In this document: piece after piece, positions 41,944 to 53,943 of the stretch
Layout: each line of letters opens with the position of its first letter
How positions within the stretch are numbered: the stretch's first letter is position 1
Assembly: GCA_964291215.2 (NCBI GenBank)
Contig: OZ219791.1
Span: forward strand, 1,376,001-1,440,000
Length of the DNA stretch: 64,000 bases
Reading direction: 5' to 3'
DNA from: Alphaproteobacteria bacterium
Lineage (GTDB): Bacteria; Pseudomonadota; Alphaproteobacteria; MPNO01; UBA830
Translations under genes and position numbers: made by a program
The notes under the pieces: generated by a model
Databases searched by the model: none
Told to the model about the DNA's origin: nothing
Seen by the model: the letters and a program-made list of their open reading frames with translations, nothing else

Positions 41944-43076
41944 TCAGGAAATCCCTGGCGCGGGAAACGCGCAGATCTTCCGCGCGACCTCGGAAACCAC
42001 GTTCCTTACCCATTTGTACGCAGGCGACCAGTGCGTTCGTGTTGTCCAGAACTGAAAAATGGCGACTTCGGTGTCGAACGGGCTCTCGCGGACGCGTAGA
42101 TCGCCGCCAACCCCGGACGCGAGACGCGACAGGATGGTCAGAACCAGGCCGGAACCTTCGACAATCCCGACAAGATCGACGGAGTTCGGCATCTCGACCG
42201 CAATATCGAGCGCTATTCCCTTGGCGGCCAAACTGTCCATGTAGAGCGGACGCCACCCGCCCTCGCGGGTGAGTGCCGCGTGCCGACAGTTCCTGTAGCG
42301 GTCAAGCGTGATCGCCCCTCGCGCCAGGGGGTGGTCGGCATCCACGATGCCACGACGATCCCATGCTAATTTGGAGACGCGAAATCCGAATGCGTTGGGG
42401 CTCGGCTCATCACAGATCGCCTCCTTGATCGCAATTTTCGTGCCAAGAAGGTCCCATCAAGCCTTGGCGGCACGATTGCAGCGCGACGCAAACTGAGAAA
42501 ATCTCGCCAATCGTCGTCGGATTAGCAGCGTGGGATCGCCGTGTCCACGATGCAGACGAACCTGTCTACCAGGAGCTTCTGCCGGTAGAGTCTCTCCGAC
42601 TCCGCCCGTCTCGGTGACAGCAGGATGTCGCATTCGCCGCCGCCCAGCTAGCGATGCCCCTGCAACAGCGACTGGACAATGCTGAGCCTGATGCCTGGCG
42701 CATCGCGCCGGATGACATGGGAGACCAGCACCGAACGCTCGTAGTGGTTGCAGGAGATCCTGATCGTTTCGGACGAGGTCGCCGGATCGAATGCGGCAGC
42801 GTGAAACAGCCCTTCTATGTGCTCGAGTATGTCGCCCGACGTATCGACGATCTGCCGGCAACGCACTGTCGGCTCAACTCCGCGGCCGGATCGCACGAAG
42901 AGCGGATCGTTGAAGGTCTCGCGCAGGCGGTTGAGCGTGTAGCTGATTGAGGACTGGTTCTGTCCAAGCTCGGCAGCCACGGCCGAGACCGATCCGCGGT
43001 CGTGAACCTGCTTGAGAATCGGGAGTGATCGGAAGTCGAGGCGCGAGTTATCGAAATTCGTTATGAAAGATATTTG
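41944..43076 (-). pseudogene. LysR family regulator interrupted by MITE and IS66 element
   Basis: HTH SVSAVAAELGQNQSSISYTLNRLRETFNDPLFVRSGRGVEPT; substrate-domain fragments (HWSPAYKWVRN); internal stop. Confidence 0.88.
42351..42543 (-). mobile_element. 193-bp MITE, copy 2, with 10-bp TSD
   Basis: TCCACGATGC duplicated at 42341-42350 and 42544-42553; TIRs as copy 1. Confidence 0.93.
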
Positions 43077-44574
43077 GTATCTACTCACCCCTAGTTGGGT
43101 TCTGATTGGTCGTAGTGCTCGTTGATGATATCTGCGGCTTTTCCGTCGAGGGCGATCTGGGTGGCGACGTGATGATTGTAGCCGAGTGCGGCCATGGAGG
43201 TGAGGTAGCTTGAGCCCCGGCACCATGCTTTTGCGTGGAGCGGAAGCATCCGGACACCTTGACCTTTGCCATCCTGATCTTCTGTTCTCCGGCATTGTTG
43301 GTGAAGCTGACGTTGGGGTCGTCTGTGAAGCGCAGGTTTTCGTGTTCCACGAGACGTTCGTGCAGGTTGTGCGCGTTTGCGATGCGTTTTCCTTTCGTCG
43401 GGATGTCGGGCAGTTCCCTGGCGCCCTGATGGTGCGGTAGCGCTTGCGCACGGCGTCGTTCAGGGTTTTGGATGCGCTCTTGTTGACCTTGTGGCAGACC
43501 TCGCGGAGCAGGCTCTTCATCAGTCGCGCCCAGCGGTAGCCTCGACGACAAAGGTCAGTTCGCGCAGCAGGTGGCTACCGCACAGCTGGTGGCTACACTG
43601 GCCCATGTACGAGGCCCAGGACGCCCTTGTAGCACGGGCCGATCTCTTGCCCGCGCTTGCGGTGCGGGAACTTGCACGTCAGGGTCCCACGACATGGAGC
43701 CACTTACTGTTGATCCGAAATCGTCGACATCGGGCGTTGCAGGAGGTGCGCCACGGCGGCCTCCTCCCATGACGCATCGTGAAAGCATAGCCGAGGCCTC
43801 GGAGAGCTTGATGCCGGAGATCGCCTGCACGAGCGCGACAGCACGGCGCAGGGACAGCATTTGGGCGACCAGCAGGTTGATGACGAGGGCCTGGATGCCG
43901 ATGCCGTACTGCACGGGATGTTGTCGGGGAACCGGCCCTTGGTTCGAGCCTTGCACTTCGGGCATTCCTCGGCGTCGACGCGGCGCTCGACGACCTCGAA
44001 CACGATGTCATGCGGCGCTCCCGATCGACGGGGCCGTCGATGTCAGCGCCGCAGGCGTCGCAGGCCGCGACCGTTTCCTCGACGATGGCAGGTTGTCGCC
44101 CATCTACCGGTTCGGCTTCGGGCCCTTGCCGTTGCTTCCGGCACGCTCTTGTCCGTCTGTGACGGCGGCAGACCGGAGTTCCGGCTCGTGCGTGGTCTTC
44201 TCCAGAAGGACGACGATGAGGATGTCGAGCAGGATGACGAAGACGCGGATCACGGCCTCTTCCGCCACCTTGCCGGCAGCGCCTTGGCCGCTTCGAACCC
44301 CTCGCGCGCCGCCCGTCGCCATCACCCGGCCTTGCGCTTCATCAGCGCGCCGCCTCCGAGATGCGTTTCCACATACAGATCATGCGGAGGCTGGAGCCCC
44401 GGAAGCAGCTGGCACAGCCCGCTCGTCGCCTTCGATCCAAAGTAGCCCACTGGCGGTCCCCGTCGTTCTCGATTACCACCACTAAACGAATCGGCCTGCA
44501 ATGTCAAATCTCCACGAAAACCCGTTCGTTACTCTACCCCGACATCAAGCCGGAACCAGAGGGTGAGCAGTTAC
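43077..44574 (-). mobile_element. Degenerate IS66 (ISBst12-like) element with MTase 5' fragment, 8-bp TSD
   Basis: Ends GTAACTGCTCACCC / GTATCTACTCACCCC; GATATTTG duplicated at 43069-43076 and 44575-44582; transposase motifs HLLRELTF, FTNNAGEQKIRMAKVK.SGCFRS. Confidence 0.93.
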
Positions 44575-44651
44575 GATATTTGAAACATCGGATTGTCGAA
44601 TGCAATGGCCTGCCATACCGTGGCGCACCGAAAGAGCACAGGGAGGTTTCA

Positions 44652-45170
44652 ATGGATGAGTTCGCTGCAACCGATCGGAAGGCCCGGGTCTCGGGACCGC
44701 CTCGTTTCGACGGTATCGATCATGTCAGCTTTCCGTGCCGCGACCTCGAAGAGGGGATCCGGTTCTACCGGCACGTCCTCGGCGGCCGCCTGCTCGTGCA
44801 GGAGGACGCTTTCGCGATGTTCGATGTCTGCGGCGCGCATATCGGAATCGGATCGGTGGGCTGCACCTTCATTGAACCGGGCAACGAGTATCCCCACATG
44901 GGATTTACGTGTAGCGCCAAGGCGCTCCTCGCGATGAAGGACTGGCTCACCGCATGCGGCATCCCGACAACCGATCTATGGACGCGCCAGGGCGTCGAAG
45001 CGCTCATGTTCTTCCGCGATCCGTCGGGAAACGTCATCGAGCTTTTCTGCCACGAAGGCTACGAGGACCCGTCAAGCCTGTCGCGGGGTCCGGCGCGCGG
45101 TCACGGGACGACGGTCGACATTGACGCCATCACCTATTCGGAGTGGCGGCTCCCCGCCGGTTTCGAATAG
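44652..45170 (+). CDS. VOC/glyoxalase family protein
   Basis: GIDHVSF..RDLE..IRFY..VLG, HMGF, FFRDPSGNVIEL; GGAGG RBS. Confidence 0.88.
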   Translation: MDEFAATDRKARVSGPPRFDGIDHVSFPCRDLEEGIRFYRHVLGGRLLVQEDAFAMFDVCGAHIGIGSVGCTFIEPGNEYPHMGFTCSAKALLAMKDWLTACGIPTTDLWTRQGVEALMFFRDPSGNVIELFCHEGYEDPSSLSRGPARGHGTTVDIDAITYSEWRLPAGFE

Positions 45171-45187
45171 GCGCAAGCACCCTGGCA

Positions 45188-46186
45188 ATGCTCATCCAGA
45201 AGGCGGGAGTGATGTTCCACGATCCGAGCCGGTCGACGCCCGGCTACACGCTCTTCTCCCGCACGCAGAGCAGCGACGTCTACCTTGTCGACCTCGACGG
45301 GCGTGTGGTCAGGCAATGGGAAACCGGCGGCGGTTCGACCCATTTCTCCTGTCTGCTTGCCAATGGAAACCTCTGGGTCTGCGAGCGCGTCGAAGACGCA
45401 CCCCCGATCATGGCCGGTCCGGGCGGCCGGATGCGCGAATATGACTGGGAGAGCAACGTCGTCTGAGAACATGTCGACCGGATGCAGCATCACGACGCAC
45501 GGCGGCTGGAGAACGGCGGCGCAGCCTACATCGCCTGGGAGCGCCCGGACGGCATGCTCGGCGAGGCGGTCCGGGAGGTCGTCGCGGACGGGAACCTCGT
45601 CTGGGAGTGGCGGATCACCGACCTCGACATCAAGCGGTACCCGCTGCACCGAAACGCGTCGCGGGCGATCTACGGGCACTGCAACACGCTCGACATGCTC
45701 CCCGCCGGCGACTATCTTCTGAGCTTCAAGACCCTCAACCTGCTGATCATTCTCGACCGCGGGACCGGCAATGTCAGATGGGCGTTCCAGAACGACGATC
45801 TCGGCGGCCAGCACGACGCCCAGATGATCGGCAACGGAAACATGCTGGTGTTCGCCAACGGCGTCTACTCGCAGGACCTCCACTTCTCTTCTGTCTGGGA
45901 GATTGAGCCCGCAAGCTGCGAAGTGGTCTGGCGCTACCGGGCCAAGCGCAACGCCTGTTCGTTCTACAGCCCCCATATCAGCGGCTGCCAGCGCCTGTCC
46001 GGTGGCAACACGCTGATCTGCGAGGGTGCAAAGGGAACCATCTTTGAGGTTGCCCCTGACTGTGACGTGGTGTGGGAGTATGTCTGCCCCTACTGGGGCG
46101 CACACCCCAATCTCGGCGAAGTCAATTCCATATTCCGTGCACGCAGATATGCCGCGGATTCCCCGGAAATCCGGAACCGGGTCTGA
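45188..46186 (+). pseudogene. Aryl-sulfate sulfotransferase (ASST-like beta-propeller) with in-frame TGA
   Basis: TPGYTLF, EYDWESNVV*EH (TGA 45464-66 at a W position), QHHDARRLENG, HCNT, GQHDAQ, FYSPHISGCQRL.GGNTLICEG. Confidence 0.8.
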
Positions 46187-46327
46187 CTTCGCCGCCGCTG
46201 GCCGATCCCGCCAGCGGAGATCGAGACCTCGATCGCTTCCACTCCCGCGGCAGCTCCCGGCTGCAGCGTCCTGTTGGCCGTGGCGGAGTGCGCGGATATG
46301 ATGATTCGCCACCACAGGAGGCAGCAA

Positions 46328-47188
46328 ATGTCATCGGACGCACCGACGGTCCGGCTTGACGCCGACGGGAAACCGCTTGGCTTCATCGACCATCCGGGAG
46401 AGTACAGGACCATAAGGTTCGAGATCGCGGACGAGGGAACCGGACTCCTGACCCTCGACCGGCCGGACAAGCTGAACGCATTCGACGAGCGGATGATCAG
46501 CGAGATCCGCTCCGTGGTCTGGAAGATCGCGTTTGACGAAACCATCCGCGTCCTCATCATCACCGGCGCCGGACGGGCCTTCTGTTCGGGCCGCGATATT
46601 CTCGGCCTCGGTTACGAAAACAACCTGCCTTCTCCCCAGTACCGCGCCTATGTGCGCGCCAACCACGAAATGCTCGACGACCTTGAGAACCTCGAGAAGC
46701 CGGTGATCTCGATGGTCAACGGCGTCTGCGCCGGCGGCGGCGTCGAGATCGCGGCGGCCAGCGACTTTCGCATCGCCTCCGAACGCGCCGAGTTCATCCT
46801 CACGGAGAACAATATCGGCGTCATACCCGCCTCTGGCGCGGCCTCGCGCATGATCGAGATGATCGGAATCGGACGCCTCAAGGAAATGATGATGACCACC
46901 CTACCCGTCCCGGTCGATGTCGCCGAGCGCTGGGGCTTGGTCAACCGCGTGTTCGCGCCCGACGGGCTGATGGACGGCACGCTGGCGTTCGCGCGCGTGC
47001 TCCGCGAACGCGCGCCGCTGGCGCTTGGCATGGCGAAGCACATCATCAACACCTGCCGCAACACCGACACCGAGACCGGCCGCCTGATCGAGCGCCTGGG
47101 CCAGTCCGTTCTCATTCCGACGGCCGACGCGCGCGAGGGCAACGCCGCCTTCCGCGAGAAGCGCAAGCCCGAATGGAGTGGCCGATGA
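46328..47188 (+). CDS. Enoyl-CoA hydratase/isomerase family protein
   Basis: LDRPDKLNAF, TGAGRAFCSGRD, KPVISMVNG.CAGGGVE, AFREKRKP. Confidence 0.93.
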   Translation: MSSDAPTVRLDADGKPLGFIDHPGEYRTIRFEIADEGTGLLTLDRPDKLNAFDERMISEIRSVVWKIAFDETIRVLIITGAGRAFCSGRDILGLGYENNLPSPQYRAYVRANHEMLDDLENLEKPVISMVNGVCAGGGVEIAAASDFRIASERAEFILTENNIGVIPASGAASRMIEMIGIGRLKEMMMTTLPVPVDVAERWGLVNRVFAPDGLMDGTLAFARVLRERAPLALGMAKHIINTCRNTDTETGRLIERLGQSVLIPTADAREGNAAFREKRKPEWSGR

Positions 47189-47266
47189 CCGCCGCCGGGG
47201 CAGGCGACCCGAAATCTTGCGATACCGGACCGAAGTGCCCGGCAGTCGGCGCGAGGTGAGTGCGCG

Positions 47267-47638
47267 ATGCTCGAAAACCTCCCCAATCTCGTGAATGCCG
47301 ACCGGAACCTGGTTCGCCTCGGGCGCCACCTGAACGCAACCTTCCTGTTCGCGGCCGGCAGAGAGGAATGGCTGATCCCGGTTGAGCGCGGCATGATCGG
47401 AACCGTCAGGGAAGGCTTCGGCCCCATGAACTCGTGGCGATTCGCGATCCGCGTCGACAGCGCTGCCTGGGAGCGGTTCCGGGCGCCGATCCCGCAGCCG
47501 GGTTATCACGACATCTTCGCTATGACCAAGGCCGGCGAAGCCGTCGTCGAGGGAGACCTCCAGCCCTTCATGGCCAACCTGCGCTACGTCAAGGAAGTTC
47601 TCGACAAGGCCCGGGCATGTGGCGGAAACCGGATATGA
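47267..47638 (+). CDS. Hypothetical protein (possible SCP2-like fold), coupled to alpha/beta hydrolase
   Basis: GAGG RBS; AWERF..P.P.PGYHDIFAM, VEGDLQPFMANLRYVKEVL; ATGA overlap with next gene. Confidence 0.7.
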   Translation: MLENLPNLVNADRNLVRLGRHLNATFLFAAGREEWLIPVERGMIGTVREGFGPMNSWRFAIRVDSAAWERFRAPIPQPGYHDIFAMTKAGEAVVEGDLQPFMANLRYVKEVLDKARACGGNRI

Positions 47639-48483
47639 AGGGGCACCTCGAAGGAATCGTGGGGCGCTACGTCCATTTCGAGATCGGCGAGCGGCCGCAC
47701 CGGGTGTACTTCGAGGAGGCAGGCAACGGCATTCCGCTCCTCTGCCTGCATACCGCCGGCTCGGACGCGACGCAGTACCGGCATCTCATGACCGACGACA
47801 GGATCACGCAAGCCTTCCGCGTGATCGCCTTCGACATGCCGTGGCACGGCAAATCCCTGCCCCCGGCCGGCTACCACGAGACCGAGTACCGGCTCACGAC
47901 CGATCTCTATGCCGAAACCGTACGCGCCTTCTGCGCCGCGCTCGATCTCGACCCGCCGGCCGTTCTCGGCTGCTCGATGGGTGGGCGAATCGTCCTCCAT
48001 CTGGCGGCGGGCTGGCCAGACGAGTTCCGCGCAGTGATCGGCGTCGAGGCGGCGGACCATCAGGATCCATGGTACGACCGTGAGTGGCTGCACCGCTCCG
48101 ACATGCATGGCGGAGAAGTCTCTGCGGCCCTGATTTCCGGCCTCGTCGCGCCCCAGAGCCCGGACGAATGCCGCTGGGAAACGCTCTGGGGCTATCTCGC
48201 AGGCGGGCCGGGCGTGTTCAAGGGCGACCTCCACTTCTACCGCGCCGATTCCGACTACCGCGACCGGGTCGCCGCCATCGATCCCGCGAGGTGTCCGGTC
48301 TATCTGCTGACCGGCGAATACGACTTTTCCTGCACGCCCGAGGACACGCGGCGGACGGCGGCGAAGATCGGCGTCGAAGCCGTCATCATGAAGGAGCTGG
48401 GCCACTTCCCGATGTCGGAGAATCCGGCCCGCTTCCGCGAATACGTCATGCCTGTGCTCGACCGGATCGCCGCCGACGGCTGA
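47635..48483 (+). CDS. Alpha/beta fold hydrolase
   Basis: LCLHTAG, FDMPWHGKS, GCSMGG nucleophile, TGEYD, GHFPMSENP. Confidence 0.9.
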   Translation: MKGHLEGIVGRYVHFEIGERPHRVYFEEAGNGIPLLCLHTAGSDATQYRHLMTDDRITQAFRVIAFDMPWHGKSLPPAGYHETEYRLTTDLYAETVRAFCAALDLDPPAVLGCSMGGRIVLHLAAGWPDEFRAVIGVEAADHQDPWYDREWLHRSDMHGGEVSAALISGLVAPQSPDECRWETLWGYLAGGPGVFKGDLHFYRADSDYRDRVAAIDPARCPVYLLTGEYDFSCTPEDTRRTAAKIGVEAVIMKELGHFPMSENPARFREYVMPVLDRIAADG

Positions 48484-48594
48484 GCCCCGCCCGCCGGGAT
48501 TCCTGCACGGTCTCCGGAGGCGCATTGAAACGCGCCGCCGCAGGATGCACTATGCACGGAACCAGCATGCCAACGAAGCAGGGGACAGGAGACC

Positions 48595-49704
<1,110 letters not shown>

Positions 49705-49756
49705 ACCGGACCGCCGGCGGTGCCGGCTCGGCCATCGGGAGCAGCTATTCCGGACC

Positions 49757-51058
49757 ATGTTGAGCAGAAAACAGAACGAGTTGGCAACCCGCATCGGCCC
49801 GGGCACCGGTTGCGGCAGGCTGATGCGGCAGTACTGGCAGCCGGCGGCCCTGGCCGAAGAGCTGCCGGACGACCGCCCGGTGCGGCCGGTGCGTCTGCTC
49901 GGCGAGGATCTTGTCCTCTACCGCGGCGAGGACGGCGGCCACGGGCTGGTCGGCCGCAGTTGCCCCCACCGCGGCGCCGATCTCTCCTACGGCCGCCTCG
50001 AGGATGGCGGGCTGCGCTGCACGTTCCACGGCTGGCTGTTCGACGCCGGCGGCAGATGCCTAGAGCAGCCAGCCGAACCCGAGGGCAGCCGCTTCCACAC
50101 CAGGATCCGGCATACCGCCTATCCGTGCACCGAACGCAACGGCATCGTCTTCGCCTACATGGGCGACGGCGATCCGCCGCCACTGCCGGATTTCGACTGC
50201 TTTGTCGCGCCGGACGAATTCACGTTCGCCTTCAAGGGCTTCCTCGAATGCAACTGGCTGCAGGCGTTGGAAGTCGGAATCGATCCTGCGCACGCTTCGT
50301 TCCTTCACCGCTTCTTCGAGGACGGAAACCCTGAAGAAGGCTACGGCCAGCAATTCCGCAACGAGATCGCGGAGATTCCCGTCACCCGGCTCATGCGTGA
50401 ATTCCCCTGTCCCGAGATCCACATCGACGATACCGACTACGGCCTGCGGCTGACGGCGCTCCGCCATATCGGCGGCGGGCGGATACATGTCCGCGTGACC
50501 AACCAGATGTTCCCGAACGCCATCGTCATACCCATGTCCGGCGACATCAACGTCACCCAGTGGCACGTCCCGATAGACGACACGACATGCTGGTGGTACG
50601 CGATATTCTCGGCGTTTGACGGTCGGGTGAACAAGCGCCGCATGCGCGAACAGCGGCTCGAACTCTACACGCTCCCCGACTACCGGCCGCGCCTCAATCG
50701 CGCCAACGGCTACGGGTTCGACCCCGGCGAACAGCGGGACGCGACCTATACCGGCATGGGGCACGACATCAACGTCCATGACCAGTGGGCTGTGGAGTCC
50801 CCGGGCCCGATCGCCGACCGGTCCGCGGAGCATCTCGGCGCCTCGGACAAGGGCATCATTGCCTACCGGCGCAAGCTTCTCGGCGCCATCGGCGGCCTCA
50901 ACGAGGATGCCCGGCCGCCGATGACGGACGGCTCTGCAGGCGCGTTGCGCGGGCCCGCGGCGATCGACACGGTCGCGCCGGCAACGGACTGGGAGGAAGC
51001 GTGGCAGACGGCCGAGGCGGCGCGGCGCGACCGCTCTCCCTGGGCGCCCCCGCTGTGA
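49757..51058 (+). CDS. Rieske non-heme iron oxygenase alpha subunit (LigX/phthalate 4,5-dioxygenase-like group)
   Basis: GPGT..G.LMRQYWQP, CPHRG...CTFHGW, NWLQALE.GIDPAHASFLH, EHLGASD. Confidence 0.92.
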   Translation: MLSRKQNELATRIGPGTGCGRLMRQYWQPAALAEELPDDRPVRPVRLLGEDLVLYRGEDGGHGLVGRSCPHRGADLSYGRLEDGGLRCTFHGWLFDAGGRCLEQPAEPEGSRFHTRIRHTAYPCTERNGIVFAYMGDGDPPPLPDFDCFVAPDEFTFAFKGFLECNWLQALEVGIDPAHASFLHRFFEDGNPEEGYGQQFRNEIAEIPVTRLMREFPCPEIHIDDTDYGLRLTALRHIGGGRIHVRVTNQMFPNAIVIPMSGDINVTQWHVPIDDTTCWWYAIFSAFDGRVNKRRMREQRLELYTLPDYRPRLNRANGYGFDPGEQRDATYTGMGHDINVHDQWAVESPGPIADRSAEHLGASDKGIIAYRRKLLGAIGGLNEDARPPMTDGSAGALRGPAAIDTVAPATDWEEAWQTAEAARRDRSPWAPPL

Positions 51059-52515
51059 GCACGGGAACCTCGGGCCGCACGGCGCTCGTCGAGAAACACG
51101 GCCTCTGGAGCGACGACGACCATCTCAGGGGCGCCGAGGTACTCAAGCAGATAGAGCGTCAGCAGCTCGATGTCGTGCGCCTGTCCTTCGCCGACCAGCA
51201 CGGCATCCTGCGCGGCAAGACCCTAGTCGCAGGCGAAATCCCGGGCGCCATGCGCAACGGCTGCACGATGACCACGACGCTGCTTGCCAAGGACACATCG
51301 CACAGGACGGTCTATCCGATATTCACCGAGGGCGGCGGATTCGGCATGGACGAGATGACCGGCGGCGGTGATTTCGTCATGATCCCCGATCCCCGCACCT
51401 TCAGAATTCTGCCGTGGGCGCCGGGAACCGGATGGATGCTGTGCGACATCCACTTTCCGGATGGCTCGCCAGTGCCTTTCTCCACCAGGCGCATATGCCG
51501 CCAGGCAGTCGATCGGCTCGCGGAACGGGGGCACGACTTCGTGGCCGGACTCGAGGTTGAATTCCACCTCTTTGCGGTCGAGGACGCGAAACTTGCCCCC
51601 GAGGACGCAATGCAGCCCGGCGCGCCGCCGGAGGTCACGCTGCTCGCCCAGGGTTTCCAATACCTGACCGAGCAGCGCGCCGACGAGCTCGATCCGGCGC
51701 TCGAGATCATTCGCAAGAACATCCTCGAACTCGGACTGCCGCTGCGCTCGCTCGAGGTGGAGTTCGGCCCGAGTCAGGTCGAGGCGACCTTCCAGCCCGG
51801 CACCGGGCTCGCGCCAGCGGACCTGATGGTGCTGTTCCGGAGCGCGGTCAAGCAGACGGCGCGGCGCCACGGGCTGCACGCGACGTTCATGTGCCGGCCC
51901 AACATCCCCAACTTGTTCTCGAGCGGCTGGCACCTTCACCAGTCGCTGACCGACCGCACGACCGGCGCCAATGCCTTCGCGCCGGCCGACGACGGCGAAC
52001 TCCTGTCGGCGACGGGGCGGCAATACGTTGCCGGCCTCCTGCACCATGCGCGGGCGGCCTCCGTGTTCACCACGCCGACGGTAAACGGCTACAAGCGCTT
52101 CCAGCCGTTCTCGCTGGCGCCGGACCGCGCCGCGTGGTCGGGCGACAACCGGGGCGCCATGATCCGGGTGCTGGCGGCGAAGGACGATCCCGGGTCGCGG
52201 ATCGAGAACCGGATCGGCGAGCCAGCGGCCAATCCCTATCTCTACATCGCGTCTCAGATCCATTCCGGCATCGACGGGCTCGAGAAGGAGCTGGTTCCGG
52301 AGGCCGAAACCGACACGCCCTACGACGCGAACGGAGAGAAACTCCCCGCGAGCCTCATGGAAGCAGTGTCGGAACTGCGCCACAGCACGATGTTTCGCGA
52401 CGCCATGGGCGACCGCTTCATCGACTACATTACGGCCATCAAGGAGGCCGAGATCTCCCGGTTCCTGTCGACGGTCACGGACTGGGAACACCGGGAGTAT
52501 TTCTGGATCTTCTGA
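51055..52515 (+). CDS. Glutamine synthetase-like gamma-glutamyl ligase
   Basis: FADQHGILRGK, GLEVEF, EFGPSQ.E, SGWHLHQS, NRGAMIR, RIENRIGEPAANPYL; GTGA overlap with Rieske gene. Confidence 0.92.
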   Translation: MSTGTSGRTALVEKHGLWSDDDHLRGAEVLKQIERQQLDVVRLSFADQHGILRGKTLVAGEIPGAMRNGCTMTTTLLAKDTSHRTVYPIFTEGGGFGMDEMTGGGDFVMIPDPRTFRILPWAPGTGWMLCDIHFPDGSPVPFSTRRICRQAVDRLAERGHDFVAGLEVEFHLFAVEDAKLAPEDAMQPGAPPEVTLLAQGFQYLTEQRADELDPALEIIRKNILELGLPLRSLEVEFGPSQVEATFQPGTGLAPADLMVLFRSAVKQTARRHGLHATFMCRPNIPNLFSSGWHLHQSLTDRTTGANAFAPADDGELLSATGRQYVAGLLHHARAASVFTTPTVNGYKRFQPFSLAPDRAAWSGDNRGAMIRVLAAKDDPGSRIENRIGEPAANPYLYIASQIHSGIDGLEKELVPEAETDTPYDANGEKLPASLMEAVSELRHSTMFRDAMGDRFIDYITAIKEAEISRFLSTVTDWEHREYFWIF

Positions 52516-52652
52516 GAGACCGCGCCGCGCCCGCCGGTCCTGGCATCCGGCGGCAATCACGAGAAGAGACCGCGTCGGATCCGCGGGCGCGGCAGGAACG
52601 GGGCGGATCGTGACACCACCGCCGATAGCGTACGCACGGGATAGCAACCGAA

Positions 52653-53906
52653 ATGGCATCCACCTCCTGGCTCGGCGGCGTCGCGGTCGCCATGGCCAAC
52701 CGCAACTACCGGATCTTCACGATCGGCGCCATCCCGTCACTGATCGGGACATGGATACAGCGCATGGCGGTCGGCTGGCTTGCCTGGGAGCTCACGGAGT
52801 CGGGAACGTGGCTCGGGCTCGTGGCCTTTGCCGACCTTGCGCCGACCGTAGTCGTCGCGCCGATCGCCGGCGCGTTCGCCGATCGCGTTGACCGACTGAT
52901 GATGGTCCGAGTCGTGCAGTATTCCAACATGATCCAGGCCGCGACCCTGGCCTTCTTCACGCTGACCGGCCTGATCACGATTGAGCTGCTGTTCGTCCTC
53001 GCGCTGTTCCAGGGCTCGATACAGGGACTTCACCAGCCGTTCCGCCAGGCCCTGATCGGCACCATCGTCGACCGCAGCGAGATCACATCGGCAATCGGCA
53101 TCAACTCGACGATCTGGAACACCTCACGGCTCATAGGGCCGGCCATCAGCGCGGCGATCATTCTCTACATAGGGGTCGGGTTCACGTTTCTCGTAAACGC
53201 GTTCAGCTACGTGCCGATGCTGGTCGGGCTCTACATGATGAGGGTGCCGCGACCACCGCGAATTTCCAGATCCATCGCCAGCTTGCCCGCCGAGATCATG
53301 GAAGGCGTACACCATGTCGCCGGGCACCGCATGATGGGTCCGCTCCTGATTCTCCTGTTCTCGTTCTCGTTCTTCGGCCGCGCCACCGCCGAACTGCTGC
53401 CCGGATTCGCCGGCGCCGTCTTCGACGCCGGCGCCGAGGGTCTGGCGATCCTCACCAGCGGCGCCGGGCTGGGGTCGCTGTTTTCGGGCATCTGGCTTTC
53501 GCGGCGGGGACGCCTCCACGGCCTCGGCGACATTCTCGTCGCCATGATCCTGCTGATCGGAATCACCCAGATCGCCTTCATCTCCACCGACCGGCTCGAG
53601 GTGGCGGCAGCCATCTTCATCGGCTGGGGTTTCCTGCTCAACGCGGCCGGAATAACGGTGCAGTCGCTCATTCAGGCCGATGTCCCCGACTCCATCCGTG
53701 GCCGCGTGGTCAGCCTCTACGGGATATTGTGGCTCGGCTGCCCGTCGGTCGGAGCCTTCGTCATGGGAGCGGCTGCCGATTTCATCGGTTTCCGCTGGCC
53801 GGTCGCGCTCGGGGCGGTGGTCTTGTTGGCGGCGTTCTGCTGGAGCCTGTCGCAACGCCGGATGTTCCGCGAGGAGATCCGCCGCATGACCGAGAGCGGC
53901 GTCTGA
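52653..53906 (+). CDS. MFS transporter (MFS_3/EntS-like)
   Basis: NRNYRIF, GTWIQRMA.GWLAWELT, AGAFADRVDR, RGRVVSLY. Confidence 0.9.
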   Translation: MASTSWLGGVAVAMANRNYRIFTIGAIPSLIGTWIQRMAVGWLAWELTESGTWLGLVAFADLAPTVVVAPIAGAFADRVDRLMMVRVVQYSNMIQAATLAFFTLTGLITIELLFVLALFQGSIQGLHQPFRQALIGTIVDRSEITSAIGINSTIWNTSRLIGPAISAAIILYIGVGFTFLVNAFSYVPMLVGLYMMRVPRPPRISRSIASLPAEIMEGVHHVAGHRMMGPLLILLFSFSFFGRATAELLPGFAGAVFDAGAEGLAILTSGAGLGSLFSGIWLSRRGRLHGLGDILVAMILLIGITQIAFISTDRLEVAAAIFIGWGFLLNAAGITVQSLIQADVPDSIRGRVVSLYGILWLGCPSVGAFVMGAAADFIGFRWPVALGAVVLLAAFCWSLSQRRMFREEIRRMTESGV

Positions 53907-53943
53907 TCGGGCGTCCTCGGGGCGCCTGCTCGGCGTCGCGGCG

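Noticed and set aside
45464-45466. In-frame TGA as selenocysteine or recoding
   Set aside because: Falls at the Trp position of a VVWE blade motif, not a Cys; other genes use TGA as stop
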